NCBI GenBank assembly: GCA_013239625.1
Contig: MU053431.1
Span: 496,001 to 560,000 of the forward strand
Direction: 5' to 3'
DNA: 64,000 nt
Origin: Lama guanicoe
Taxonomy: Eukaryota
The notes beneath the pieces were generated by a model that was given only the letters and a program-made list of their open reading frames with translations, had not been told where the DNA came from and did not search any database. Shown here in pieces: positions 11,696-25,300 of the stretch; position 1 is the first letter of the stretch; every line of letters begins with the position of its first letter. The position numbers were made by a program, and so were the translations under genes.

Positions 11696-14049
11696 AGTTT
11701 CTAGGAGACTTTGGAGAGTGGAGCAGGATTGGAACTTCGAGGCCTTGAGGAGACCACAGTCCTCCCTTAAGAGCAAACAGCCGCTCCTGAGGGCACCTTT
11801 GTCTCTGGAATGCTGGGAGATGAAACAGCAGAGGCAGAGGCAAGGGAGGCGGGCCGGGGAGCGAGGGAGGGTCAGGACTCAGAGCTCTCTGTGAGTCGGG
11901 AAAGGAGGGCGAAGGCCGGGAACATCACCATTGGGGATACAGACAGCTTCCCACCGTCCCTGCCTCCCATCTGCTCCCTCCCCGTGCCTCCCCCACCCCC
12001 CAGGCCCCTGCTGCTTGAACTCAAGGACACACGTGCCCTCGCTTTCTTTCCTGCGCGCTGTCGAACGTGGCTTTGTTTGGCAATTAGTACGCATCCTGTT
12101 TCTGCAGCCGAAGCTCGCGAGTGACCTGAAGGCTCGCCCCACGCCTGCCCGCGGCTTTGATACGAATGTGAAATCAGTGCGTAGGAAGAGGTGGCCAATC
12201 CGCCCGAGAAGCAGGAACGTCCCTGGAAACCACGCAGCCAGAGGCCACGTCACTTGCAAACCCCAAGGACTGAGGAGGGGTCACCCGTCGTGTCCGGCTG
12301 ACCTTGAACACAGAGACGGGAAGACAGCCACGGAGGCCGAGAGCTCTCTGGCGAAGCGCCCTGCGGAAGCGGAAGGGAGCGCAGCATCCTCTGCCCCCCA
12401 GCACGGCTCTCGCTGGCTCCGGAGGGAGGCCCTCCTGCTCTCTGTGCAGAGGAGACGCTGGACCCACGGGAGGGGGGCGTTCCTTCTTTTCTTTGTGTGA
12501 GAAGGTGTTGGAAGCTCAGTGATGGAGGTCAGCACGCCTCAGTGTTGCCGGCAGTGGCATGTCCCTGAGCCGGTCCTGATCTAGTGTCCCCGGGGCTGAC
12601 GGTGGTGGTGGCAGCAGAGGGGACAGTGTCTGCAGTGAGCTTGTGCTTCTTGCCTGGCCACCTGTGCAGAGTGGAGTTTCTGGACACGGGCTAGCTTAAG
12701 GGGGAGAATGGCCACTTTCCATTTTTATAAGGAACATGGATGCTGTGGCTGTAAAGTGTCAAAACAAGACAAAAGGAAGAGCACAGATTGGGGGGAGGGG
12801 TGTCTTACGGCTAATTGCATGTTCAGTCCAGGATCTCCCCTCCACTTACTCACCAGGCACTGCAGCCGGCAGCCTTGTGCAGCCAAACGTGCACGGGGTG
12901 GACACGCCCGCCCGAGCGCTGGGATCTGGGGCCACAGGCTCTGTGCCGCTGAGCATCCGAGACTCAGCTGCCCGGGGAGCTCCCCGCGGTTCCCAGGCTC
13001 CACCTGCCCGACAGGATCGCACCGGCTTGGACCATTTATGAGTTTGAGCTACAGGGAAAATGATCAACTAATTATTTGTAACACAGAAAGTTAATATTCA
13101 GAGAAGCTAAGTCAGAGTGGAGAGTCACTAGGAGAACACCCCCGCGTCGGTGTGTGGAGGTGTGTGTGCCACGGCTGCCCGCTCTGCTGTGCTCTCTCAA
13201 AGGCCCTGAGTGCACAGAGAAACCAAGAACAGAACAAAAAAGAAATGTGAACTGGGGAGAAAACTCCAGGAGGCCAAAAAAAAAAAAAAGTAGGAAACAC
13301 ACCTCAAAAGAGGTCCGTTTCCTCGGCCTGTGTCTGTTTTATTTTCCTGGTGTCCCCGGTTCCTAACAGGTTAATGTGTCTAAATTAATGATTCAATGCG
13401 ACAATGACTTTCCCGCTGTTTCCGGGTATCGGGTCATGAGCAGATGCAGCTAGTTGTGACAGAGTTCCATTCACATCCCCTTTGCCCTGCTCTCTGCAGA
13501 CAGCCGTCCCCAGCACGGGCGGGTCTGTCTGGGAACGAGAGAGCGGTTGATGAGACTCTCAGGGAACGGCTTCCCCGCTCCGCGTGGCCCGGCGCCCTGT
13601 GCACCTACTCCGGGTCTGCCTTACGATTGCTGTGCCTTTGGAGCAGCCAAGAGACGTTGCAGCAGCATCACGGTCATTATTTTCAGTGGCCAAAAATAAA
13701 ATAAAACTGGTTATCTAGCCAGGAGGAAAGAAACCTACAGGAATGTACGCGACCCTGAAGAAAAAAGCGGCAGCTCCAAGCGAGAGAGGCCCAGGCGGGC
13801 GGGGGCTCAGCTGGCTCTCCGGCCGGCGGCCTCGGTCCCCGCGCCTTTTCAGCAGCGCCAGGGTGGAGCTGGGGTTTGATCCAAAGGCAAGGCTGTCATC
13901 TGGGTCCTCTCCCCAGGACACCACACCCGTGACGAGAGGTCGAGGTTTCCGCGAAAGCCCCAGCTATGCTGGGAACAGCCATCTCCATGCCCCTCAGCCT
14001 TCTCTGAGTTGTGACCAAATGAGATAAACTAGAACCCCTTCAAGAAGTG

Positions 14050-14382
14050 CACTGGACACCTCACTCCCAGGAGGGGTGGCTGCTGTCCCAAACGGAAAAT
14101 AAACGCCCGTGAGGACGCAGGGACCTCAGTTCCTGTGCACGGTGGCTGGGGATGGAGAACGGTGCCGACGTCATGGAAAACAGAATGCAGTTTCCTCAAA
14201 AAAGGTAAAACAATTACATTACGATCCAGCAATCTCCCCCCTGGGTCTATGTGCAAAGGAAATGAAAGCTGGGCTTTGAGGAGACATATGCACGCCTGTG
14301 TTCACAGAAGCATAGTTCATAATAGCCAAGAGGCAGGTGCCACCCAGATGTCCACTGACAGATGAATGGATGGGGAAAATGT

Positions 14383-14423
<41 letters not shown>

Positions 14424-14791
14424 GGACTATTAAGCAGCTTCAAAAAAAGAAGGAAGTCCTGTCACACGCTACTACACGGATGAACCTTGAGGACATTATG
14501 CTCAGCAAAACAAGTCAGACACAAAAAGACGAACCCTGCATGATCCCGCTCACATGAAGTCTCTGAAGCCGTCAGAATCACAGACACTGAGAGCTGAACG
14601 GTGGTTGCCGAGGGCTGAGAGCAGGGCTGGGGGGCTAGCGTTTAATGGGGACAGAGTTTGCCGCAAGATGAAAATGTTCTAGAGATCTGTGCATGACGGT
14701 GTGACTCTAGTTAACACTACTGACAGATGCGCTGAAATGTGGTTGGGATGGTAAACTTAATGCTGTGTTTCGTTTACCACAATTAAAAAAA
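14050..14791 (+). mobile_element. LINE-1 (L1MB-like) ORF2 end and 3'UTR
   Basis: gatccagcaatctcccc, ggatgaaccttgaggacattatgct, tttaatggggacagagttt, ending ttaccacaattaaaaaaa. Confidence 0.85.
14384..14422. repeat. (AC)19 microsatellite
   Basis: Perfect dinucleotide run inside the L1. Confidence 0.97.
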
Positions 14792-14795
14792 GGGA

Positions 14796-15482
14796 GATGC
14801 AGCCACTATGGAGGACAGTGTGGAGGTTCCTTAGAAAACTAAAAATAGGCTTACCCTATGATCCAGCAGTCCCCTTCCTGGGCTTATATCTGGAGGAAAC
14901 TCTAATTTGAAAAGTTACATGCACCCCAGTGTTTGTAGCAGCACTGTTTACAGTAGCCAAGACATGGAAACAAGCTAGATGTCCATGGTCAGATGACTGC
15001 ATTAAGAAGATGTGATATATATACAATGGAATACTACTCAGCCACAAAAAGGACTAAAATAATGCTATTTACAGCAACATGGCCGGACCTAGAGATGACC
15101 ATACTAAGTACAGTAAGTCAGGCAGAGAAAGACAAATGCCATGTGATATCACATATGTGGAATCTAAAAAAAAATGACACAAATGAATTTATAAAACAGA
15201 GACAGACTCACAGACATAGAAAACAAACTTATGGTTACCAGAGGAAAGGGGGTGGGAAGAGATAAATTGGAAGTTCAAAATTGGCAGACACTAACTACTA
15301 TACATAAAATAGGTAAACAGCAAGGTCCTGCTGTGCAGCACAGGGAACTGTATTCAATACCTTGTAATAACCTATAATAAAAAAGAATATGGAAAGGAAT
15401 ATACACACAAGTACCACTGCATCCCTATGCTGTACACCGAAACGTAACACAACACTGTAAACAAACAGTACTTCAGTTAAAG
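14796..15482 (+). mobile_element. Younger cetartiodactyl-type LINE-1 3' end inserted at the A-tail of the older L1
   Basis: Well-preserved caatggaatactactcagcca, acagactcacagacatagaaaacaaacttatggttacc, gcacagggaactgtattcaatacc. Confidence 0.9.
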
Positions 15483-16759
15483 AAGGACATTGCAGACTTT
15501 GCACCGTGGTCCTCGGATCCAGACGCACAAAGGTCCGGCTAAGAACGTGTGAATATGAGTGAATGTGTGTGACTGTGGGCAAGTCACCTTTTTTTAACCC
15601 ACCCTGCCCCGTCGGTAGTGTTGATTTAATCGGCCCAGGATCCCACCCCTCTTCCTCTGATAAAAACACGTGCCTCTGGCTAGGAAACCAATTCCACATG
15701 GTCCTTCCTGGTCCTGTTGATCAAGGTTCTGAACCCCACCCCGCCCCAGGCCCAAGGGGAGGCGCGTCTTCCAGGCTGATGGTGGGACAGTCCCCCTCCT
15801 AGATGCTGAGGGTTCCGGAGCAGGCGTCTGATACCCCGCCGTCCAGTCCTCGCCTCCCCCAGCTCTTCACACTGGAATCTGGGGGAAGCGAAGTCCTCTC
15901 GCTTCCTCTGGAAAAGCGGACTGGACGATGCGAGCCTGGAGCCGAGGCGGAGTGAGCACCGCTGAGCCCGGGCCAGCGGGGAGGCGCAGCCTGGTGAGGG
16001 GGGTCCCGGAGGGGCAGGACCAGCACATCCTTCTCACCCCGTTGTGCATCCTGTTGATGTTGTTGCTTTTTCTGTTTGTTTGTTTGTTTTTTGTCTTGAG
16101 TGGTTTGTGGTGCGATTCTGTCATTTGCAATCAAAGGATTCCTCCCTAACGAGAAAAGGCTTTGGTGAAAATTAAAAGGCCAAATGCATGAGAAATACTC
16201 AGTTCCACGTGAGGACATCCTCTTTGGTTATTCCTGATTCTGCTTTGTCATTAAAGCAAGAGAGATAACTGGGGAAATGAGAAGAGGAAGAGAAGAGAAA
16301 ATGGGACCACAGGAGTCGCCTTATTGCAGAATGACATAGCTGGGGGGAGGAAAACAAGGCAAGTCTCGGCTGGGGCAGGAAAGGGGTTCCGCAGTGTGGG
16401 CCGGCGGGGGGGCGACCAGCATCGGCGCCTCCAGCGGGCTGTGCTCAGCCCCGGCAGGGAGGGCTGTGGCGCCCCAGGCCGTCCTGGTCTCACCCGGACC
16501 ACTGGTAACGACCCCCTAAGCAGAGAGCGCATCTCCCTCTATCACACTCACTTCTCCCATCCTTCTCCGGCCTCTGCTCTGGCCCAGCAGCCTCTGCAGG
16601 GTCCACAGCCCCACGGGACCCTCCGCGTCTTCCGCCGGTCAGAAGGGGGACAGTGGCAGGAGTCCCTCCTGTGCTGCACCAGAACACGGGCTCTGTCGTG
16701 ACGCAGGTCTTTGTAGTCACACTGTGTGCGTGTGTATCTCGGTGGACTGTACGGAGTTC

Positions 16760-17930
16760 AGCAGGCTTCTAACTCGTAGGTAAATGACATCACATGGCAT
16801 TTTCTTGTGCTGCCACCTTTCATCACTCACCACGACGTTCTTAAGACTGACCAGTTACGTCTGGTGTTTTAATTGCTCCTTAATACTTCATTGTATGAGC
16901 ACACTACAGTTTAGCCACCATCCTCTGGCCCAGGGACTTTTCCCCCCAACATTTTCTGTCACACACGGTGTGTGATAAACATTCTGTTACTGTCTCTTTT
17001 GCATGCATAGACGAGTTCTACTCAGATGGCGAACCCAGGAGCGGAGGTCCTAAGTCACAGGTGTGTCACCTTTGAGGACGTGGGTGACTGTCCCCCTAAA
17101 GTGGGGGCACACACAGAGGCTCCAAACTGGCGAGCAGGAGAGGTTTTCTTGCTCTTCAGCCTCCTCAGTATCTGGTGTCTCCAGACTCAGTAATTTCTGT
17201 GATCGGTTTGGTGGATAGATGTGATTTATTTATTATTTTAATGGTTTTCATTTACTTCCGACTGGTGGCTTGTAAGTTTGAACCACTCTTTACATCTCTG
17301 TGACCACTTTGGAAAGTCACACACTTTGATCCTTTTATGTGAGGTTGTTTTATATCTTCTGGATATTAATCGTTTTTTTTCATTATGTGCATTGAAATGA
17401 CCTTGCAGTTTTGGCTTCCCAGTTATTGCTTATGATGGTGATAATGGAGATGGTGGTGGTGGTGGTGGTGATGGTGATGATGGTGGTGGTGATGATGGTG
17501 ATGATGGTCGTGGTGATGATGGTGTGGTGGTGGTGGTAATGGTGGTGGTGATGCTTTTTTTGCACATAAGTTTTTATTTTAATTTATCCGTCTTTTACTC
17601 TACTGAATGTGATTTCTTCCATCTCGTTTAAGAAATTTTTCTCTAACACCACAGTCAAAAAGATACTTTTCTGTATTTTCCTCCAGTAATTTAAAATTAT
17701 TTCTTCCTCAGATTTAGGTCTCTAGTCCACCTGACACTTGAGTTTGTGTACGACGTGAGGTAGGGATCCACTCGTGCAGATTTCTGCTCACACGTGCTGT
17801 CAGTTGTCCCAGAACCACTTACTGAACAGATTCTCCTTTCCTGTGACTTGTTGGCCTCCTCTGTCATATTTCAAGTTTCTGTAAGTGTGAGGATCACTTT
17901 TCAGACCACGTCTGGCTGTTGATTTATATT
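16760..17930 (-). mobile_element. Old LINE-1 (L1ME-like) fragments
   Basis: Antisense L1 motifs (tatatcttctggatattaatc; tttaggtctctagtccacctg; gttgtcccagaaccacttactgaac). Confidence 0.65.
17432..17553 (+). repeat. (GGT/GAT)n mixed trinucleotide repeat
   Basis: Read directly from the sequence. Confidence 0.95.
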
Positions 17931-20900
17931 TTCAATCCAGCTCAGGACTGGTGGTGGAGATTTTGTTTCTTAGGTAGGAGATGAAAGGGTGGATGTTTGC
18001 TGATGGTCCCAACGGGCTGAAGGGAAGAGGCAGGAAGGAAAGCACACAGTTACGGCAGCAACGCTCCCAAGTCGTGAAGAGGAGACGGGAGCCCCCCCGG
18101 GGGCTTTCCGCAGCGGGGAGAGAGCTGACAGCGCCCCCGGGGCTGCTGCCGTCTGCACCTCAGCCCCAGGTCGCCCAGTCACTTCACAGGCTGTCTTCGT
18201 CCTGCCAGATCCTCCACTGACCCACTGGTGACGACCCTCTGTCGAACCCAATCATGGGTCTGAAAGTCCCTTGACACTCTCATTGTCTCTTCTTTCTCAT
18301 GTGAAACAGGTGGGGTTAGCAGATCATCGTTATTTTCTAGCATCTTTATCCAACAAGACACAGCTGTCCTTTTCTCGGAAATGCAAAAAGTAACCCCAAA
18401 TCCCTGAGCCTCCTCAGAGATCACGTGATCGGCCTTCTGTGCTTGTGTTTCCAGAACAGGAGAAACAAGTCAAACTTTGTTCCTTGAGTCCAGGAGATTA
18501 GAAATTGTGCTGTGCCATCAGGGCCCCTGATTCTGGACTTATAAAGTGAGGACAGTGCTCCTGGCCCCTCCACCCTTCTTGGCTGTCCCAGGGTCCTGCC
18601 CTTGGAGCTTGACATAGGGTGGCCAGAAAGCCCTCTGTGTCTGCCCTGGAATTAAGAGCTCCTTGGCTCAGCTGGCCGACAGTAGAGGTGATTCTGAGTG
18701 CTGTTTAGCATGGATAGGAAGCTAAGGGCCAGTATCATCTCTAACTGGTCTTGGGCTCTGAAACTCCCTTCCACTGGTATTAAAAGAATCAGCCTACGGC
18801 CTTGCCTCAAATGCCATTGTCCTCCACTGTAGTATGTCTCAAAGACCCAAATAATTCTAACAGACCCGTGTGTTCCAACATGGTGACGGTGATGCTGAGT
18901 CCTGGGCACAGCCGGCGAGAAGGTCTGTTCCTCCTGGAGGTGGTGCCCCTGCAGCCCCGGCCCCTCCGCTGAGCCAAGAACGGAGTCACTTATGCTGCCC
19001 TTGGTGGGCGTACGTTGGTCCCATGATAAGCGGTCCTGCTGACTGTAACCGGAAGTCCTGAAGCCGAGCTGCTCCCCAGCCCGAGCTTCTGGGATCCCGT
19101 GACACACACTTCCAGGTTCTAGCAGATGCTCTGTTGAAGGTGGCCCCTGCGCTACCACACCTTTGTTTGCATGCTAAAGGAATATTTTGATGCTCCGTAG
19201 TCTTTAAGATAATAGCCTTTCAGCTGTTTGCTGGAAAGGTGAACAGTCTGAGATTTATTTTGAGCATGATACGCTGCGATTTTATGTCCTAGCTACCAAA
19301 TTGCCTCCTTCTAGTGACAAACTACAATCAGCCTTCAAAATAAACAAGGGCACACCTGGGACAGCTCCGTGAGGTGCGCTCTCCTGCCTCAGCCAGGAGT
19401 CCAGCCTCTCTCAGGCACCAGCAGGTGAGACAGCAGGGCCATCTGAATCCACGTTTTAGCTCAGAAGGACGTAGGAAACTTTCCACGCAGGGTGGCCACC
19501 CTTCTCCTCCATCCCGCTCCCCCGCCGTATTTGTGGCTCCCCCTTCCATGAGTGGTTGGAAAAAAATGTAAAAGTAACTGTTTCTGCAGTCTGTACACCG
19601 AGTTCTGAAGTCTTTAAAATTCACTTCCAGGGCACACTGCCAGAGAAACGTGAGCATGAAAAGTAACGGAAGGGCGTCCGTGCTGTCAGATGGGGGCATG
19701 GGAGCAAGGCTGGCTTTGCGGCTAGGGTCCAGGTGTTGTCCTAGGAGAGGGGAGGCTCTAAGGATGAGAGGTCCTGCTCCACCCAGCTTTGAGATGAAAG
19801 GCAGTCAGGGCCTGAGAGGAACCGTGGCTGCTAACCACCATCTTTCCCTCCCCCTGGATCACTCCCACTGAGGCAAAATCCTCTCTGAGGCAGTGCGTCC
19901 CCCAGGACCCACCATACCCGTAGGAACTGAGAAGGGAATGTGAACGCTCTGCAGATGGTCGTCATTCAGAGAGACGAACGGCGACTCGGGGCGCCCTGCA
20001 GCCGGAGACGGCGCCCCCTCTGCCCGTGCCCTCCCTCGGCAGAGCCTGGCAGGGGAAGCGGGGCGGTTACGTAACCCCGCTGGAGAACCGGAGCCCGATC
20101 CGAACCTGCGGTGGACTGGCTGCTGGGCTGAGGTGACCAACGCACGAAGGTCCCTCAGCTCAGTTCTCGGTGCACAGGGGGTGTGTGGTGAGTGTCAGCT
20201 GTCACCCTCAGTGCCCTTTGCCACTTTGCCATGGACAGGAACCCATCAGGATTTGGGAGGATCTATTTTTCCGGGAAACCCCACCTTCTGTTCCACAGCA
20301 GGCCCTCAAATCAAGATCCACAGCTTCCGCGCCCCCCAAAGTGACCCTCAGAGGCCCCCTTTGGTGCATTTATTCTGTAACACACACAAATGTTGCTTCC
20401 AATAAGGAAAGGACACTTGCACATAAACAGTTTATGTACAGCCTGTGAGGGAATGAAGGATACGGCCCAGGGTGAGACGGACTTTGTGCTGCCGCTTCCC
20501 TGCAAGGTAACGAGAAACATTAAAAATGCATCTGGCCCTGATAGGTTGAATTCATTTTAACTGGCATAAATAGGACAGACGAGCTATTCAGATGTCTGAA
20601 GAGCACCATGTCATGAAATATTGACCATTTTCTCACGGCTCCGGCAGGAGGGGCCAGTAATTTGTTTTCTCTCAGCATTAATATTTGGTGACACCAAGAA
20701 TGAGTTCTGTGCTGCAAGCTCATATCCTGTGTCCGGTTTTATTTACCTATACAGCCTCAAGTCCCATTTATCAGCGTTCAGGGGGAGAAGGGTTATAGCA
20801 TTAAATTCATAGTCTTCAACGAACCCGGAATCAATAATGTGTGTATTCTTTGGATACTAGTGACTAAGAGCTTCTTTTGTAACAGCCTTCTCGGACTACC

Positions 20901-21959
20901 CCTTGTAATACGTGTTGATGAAGAGTACTTGTTTGTTTTTGAAAATTGGAGATATGCGAAGGTGAGCTGCCCTGACCACTGTGCCTTTTACAGCCCAAAC
21001 TCTGTGCCGGTGGCAGTGTGGGCGCATCCTGATCGCACCAGAATTCGGCGGCTCTGTCTTTGGAGAGGACACTGTTGGTGTGGATTTCACTTCATGAAGT
21101 CGCTTCAGAAACCCCAGTTCCCTGGGCTTTTCTTTTACATCAAAACCAGAGAAAACCCGTCCTGCAGTGACGGAGGCCCCAGACCCCGAGGCTGTCACAG
21201 CTGGATGCGCGGGTTTTCTCACGTTCTTCTCTGGAGAACCTGGACACTCCAGCTCTGACACTCCGGATTTCCAGTTCATGTCAAAGTGAATTCTCTAATA
21301 AAAGGACTGACGTCCCACCCAGGTCCCCGTAATCGCCTCTCCCCGCCAGCTGCTCTGTGCAGACATGCCCCCTCCTCCTTCCGGTGCCCCCAGAGGGTCC
21401 CTCAGGGACCCTGTCTCTCTGCCGCGTGAACGTCCTGCCGGGGCCCCGCGTGTGCGCAGTTCTGCGGCTCGCCTCCCACGCTGGGTGGGAGAGGGCTTGG
21501 ATCTTGCTCTGATCCTTTCCGAGTGCTCAGGTGTCCTTCAGAACCGCTGGGTCAGCACTGTGAACAGAGTCGTGTCAGCTTCCACGCTGGCTCGCCTGGC
21601 GTTTATTCAGGGAGGATAAACAGCAGCATGATTCACTGAATTTCAGTGTTTACCTGCAAATATAACAAAGAGCGTTCTCTCTCCATTCACGCTGGCTCCC
21701 CGCCCGTGACTATCGATTACCGGGAACCTGAGATTCGCCCCCAGACGAGAACCTGTGACGCACCCTCTCTGTCTGCATCCCGCTGCTGCTGCCACGCCGC
21801 CCTCACCTCCTCTGACTGATGAGCAGAGCCAGAGTCTGGGCACCGCACTTTGCTCCTCCAACCTGTTCCTTCTTCTAAGTGGAATCACCTTTATGAGCTT
21901 CAGTCTGTAAAGATTTCCCAGTCGTAATGATTTCCCAAAGTTTCAGATTCTTACCATGG

Positions 21960-22335
21960 CACGCAGGCTGCCCGCCCCCCCGTCTGTCTGGTCACATGTG
22001 ACCCTGTCCCTCGGGGATGTCCTCCTCTTCCAGTTCCTCCAGCGAGCTCTGAAGATGGTCCCTTCCGTCTGGCCCCCAGTTGCCTGCTCGCCCTTCGGGT
22101 CCCAGCGTAACCCCCACCTCCTCAGAGGCAGGTCTTCTCCGGGACACTTAGCAGCCCTGTCCCGAGCCTTTGGAGGCCCCAGAGCCCTCCTAATGATGGT
22201 GTCACACACCTGATCAGTGCGAATTCTCCCCTTTGCACTGGCAACCCCGGGAGGTCAGGCGCAGTACCTGCCCTGTCCAAAACCCAGGTCTGCCCAGGGC
22301 CGCGCCAGGCATGTGCTCAGAGCGCCTTCGCCAAG
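21960..22335 (+). mobile_element. LINE-2 3' fragment, diverged
   Basis: cacctcctcagaggcaggtcttctcc and terminal ccaggcatgtgctcag resemble the L2 3' end. Confidence 0.5.
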
Positions 22336-25300
22336 TGTGGTGAAGACACTCACTTTGCACTGACTTCTGCCTGTCCCAGCTCTAGTCCAAACCTCCTCAA
22401 AAGAATCCAGATGAGCATAAATACTTTATTAGGCTTCTGCTGAGATTCTGTTGTTGGCCCAAATACATGTTCAAAATGACTTAAAACCCCCTGAGAATGA
22501 TTTCGCTAGAGAGCCATGAAAATAGAGGCCGTCCGTGGGGGAGAGAGTGGGCGCGTGATGAAGAGAATAAAAGATGTTTCTCACCCAAAGGGGCCTGCAG
22601 CAACTCAGAGGAATGCACCAGTTCACAGACAGAACACACCCAAGGGTGGCTGGAATGCAGCTAAGGCCAGAGGTCTGCCTTCGGCCGTCCCGTGAGGACC
22701 CCTCTGAAGGGGAGTGGAGGGCGAGCCCGGTGACCAGAGGCCAGCCTGCCTGGGGTCGGCTCGCTGGGTGGGCCGCACAAACGCAGGAAGTTCTAAACTC
22801 AAGCCGGGTGAATGTGGGTGTTGAGGACTGAATAGAAAAGAGAAAAGACATTGTAGGTCTTGAAAAGATGCAGGTCCAAAGAAAACAAAGACGACAGCCC
22901 ACGCCTCCTGGACGCTCACTGGTGCAAGAGAGTTAAAGCCCCAGAAAGGGGCAGCTTGTTAATGAAAAGTGCAAGTTTGGTGTTTTCTTCTATTCATGAA
23001 ATCAAACCTGGATGGACTCCCCACGATGACCACTTCTGCCGCCACGAAGCTCGTGCAGAACGGAAGTGAGCTGACCCCTCTCCCAGGCCTCGCACGCCCC
23101 TGTGGGCGGGGAGACCTTTTGTCAGGTGTCGGGACCTTTTGGTTCAGAAGCAGCCAGTCTTGGGTCAGAAAGGCCCATCCATGCGTTTCCCTAACATGAC
23201 TCACTATTAAGACCACGGGAGGCTCCTCAGGTCGTCATTACAAATGGGTTTCTTGTCCTTTTTAACGTTCCGCTTGGGCAGTGTGAGGGACGACGGAAGG
23301 CGGTGGAAGGATGTCTGGTATTTGAGTAGATGGAGCGAGCGCACATCGGTCCTCCGCGCCGTTCTGTCTGGTTTACGAAAGCCAAGCGCACAACCACGGG
23401 GGACACAGGCAGCGCAGGACCGACCCGGACCCACCATGGCCGCTGCGAGGCGGGGAGGCGGCCCCGCCCTTCGTTCCAGCCCGCGCCCCGGAAGCCCTCA
23501 CAGCTCTTGTTCTTTCTTTAGGAAGAGGCTTCCGTCGGGTGGGGGAGGGGCGCTCAGCTGCTCATTTTAAACAAAGGCAAAGTGTTTCTTTAAAGAGCAC
23601 TTGCCCCACCCAGTTTTTTGACTTGCAACTGAGAACTGAGTCTCCGAGGTAGGGAGCTTTGCGACACCTCCCCGGGACCCTTGCCCACCGCCCTGTGACA
23701 CGTCCTTCCCTGTCACCTGGGGGTGTCACCGTCCCCTCAGTGACCTTTCCAGGATGCTCCCGAGTGAGAGGGCAAACTGGACCGGTGTTCAGCCGGAGTC
23801 CCAGCAGATGGCACTGTTCCCCCTGACTTGGTACCAGCCCAGAAGAGGGGTACCTGCCTGGGAGGGAAGCTGCGTTCTGGGGGCCCACCTGGGACGTAGC
23901 GGCCGGGGCTCCAGCAGCAGAAGGAAAAGTCATGCAGATTTCAGCCGAGCGAAGAGCTGGACGTGCGACATGCGACACGCTCGCTGCCGTGGTCCCTGCA
24001 GCGCGAGCGGCTTCACGGCGCCCTGCTGTATCACCAGCACAGAAGGTCAGAAAGCTCACCCCAGGGCAAAAAGAGACGTTTCAGCAGATCCTTAATTTAC
24101 GTCCCTGGTTTTCTGGGAGAGCGTCCAGGTTGCGGGTTAGGAAGGGAGCCCACCTTTTGCAGTTACCCAGGAGACTAGACGAGCTAGCTTCCAGGAGGAC
24201 GCACGTGGTCGCGGTCACCGCCTGGGAGCTGCGCTGGCTCCCTCCCAGGGATGTTACGGTCGATTACTACATTCCTTCCTGCAGACCCCGCTGATCTGTC
24301 ACCACGGCCAGGCTCTGTGAGAGGCACAAGGACTCACAGAGACTTGGGGCATGCTCTGCAACTTGAGGAAATACACAGATGACTTTTTTGGCAAAGGGCA
24401 AATCAACGTAACAAAAACGTCAAAATGGCACAAAGAGGGGATGAATGAATCCCCAAGGAAGGATGCGGGCTGGATCCCTGGGGGGCGGGGGCAAGGGAGG
24501 GTGGGAGGACCGCAGCAGCTGAGGAACACGGGAAGAGCAAAGGGGAGGACTTACCTAAGATTTGTGGAGCGAAGTCATGGATGGGCAAAGACAAAGGGGA
24601 GGGCGGACCGAGGGGAGTGTGGCTGGAGCGGCACCTCGGACCTGGCCAAGGGGACGCTGAGCCGGCTCAGGGCTGTGTGTCTGGGGGACAGGCACCTCTA
24701 TGGACTTTGGCATTCCTAGCACCCACCTACACGGGCGTGAGAGAAATACAGGAAATAGGAGCCAGAGGACGTCCCCCCTTTCAGACGTTCACCAGTGAAG
24801 GCCAGTGTCCACAGTTTCACCCATCCTGTTGGAGAGGGAGGGGCAGGGACAGAGGGTCCCGTTCCAGCAGTGGGAAAGGGACTCCTTCCAGGTAGGGACA
24901 GAGCGGCTGTGCAGACCACGAGCCTTTCTACTGCCTCCTCCCTCCCCGATGAACCAGTGTTAACTCACGGTCAGGGATGAGGAGAAGGGTGGACAGGCAG
25001 GAGGAATGGGAGGCAGGGAAGGACCAAGAGGAGGCTGTTGAAACGCTGCATCATGCAGGGGAGGCTGACCACAGGCGGGAGCCGCCAGAGGGGGCAGAAG
25101 ACAGACACTGGGAAGGGACAAACACAGTACAAGCAGACACTTGGCCACCGATGGGTTGAAAGACTCCAAGTTCAAAGATGACTCGGAGCCCTTCACCGAA
25201 CACCTGCTTGTGCAGACCTGCCCATCCCTGAGATTTCACTACCAAACACTGAGCTCCAATAGCAGAGCGGGCGGGTGACCTGCAGTGGTGGCATCTGAGT

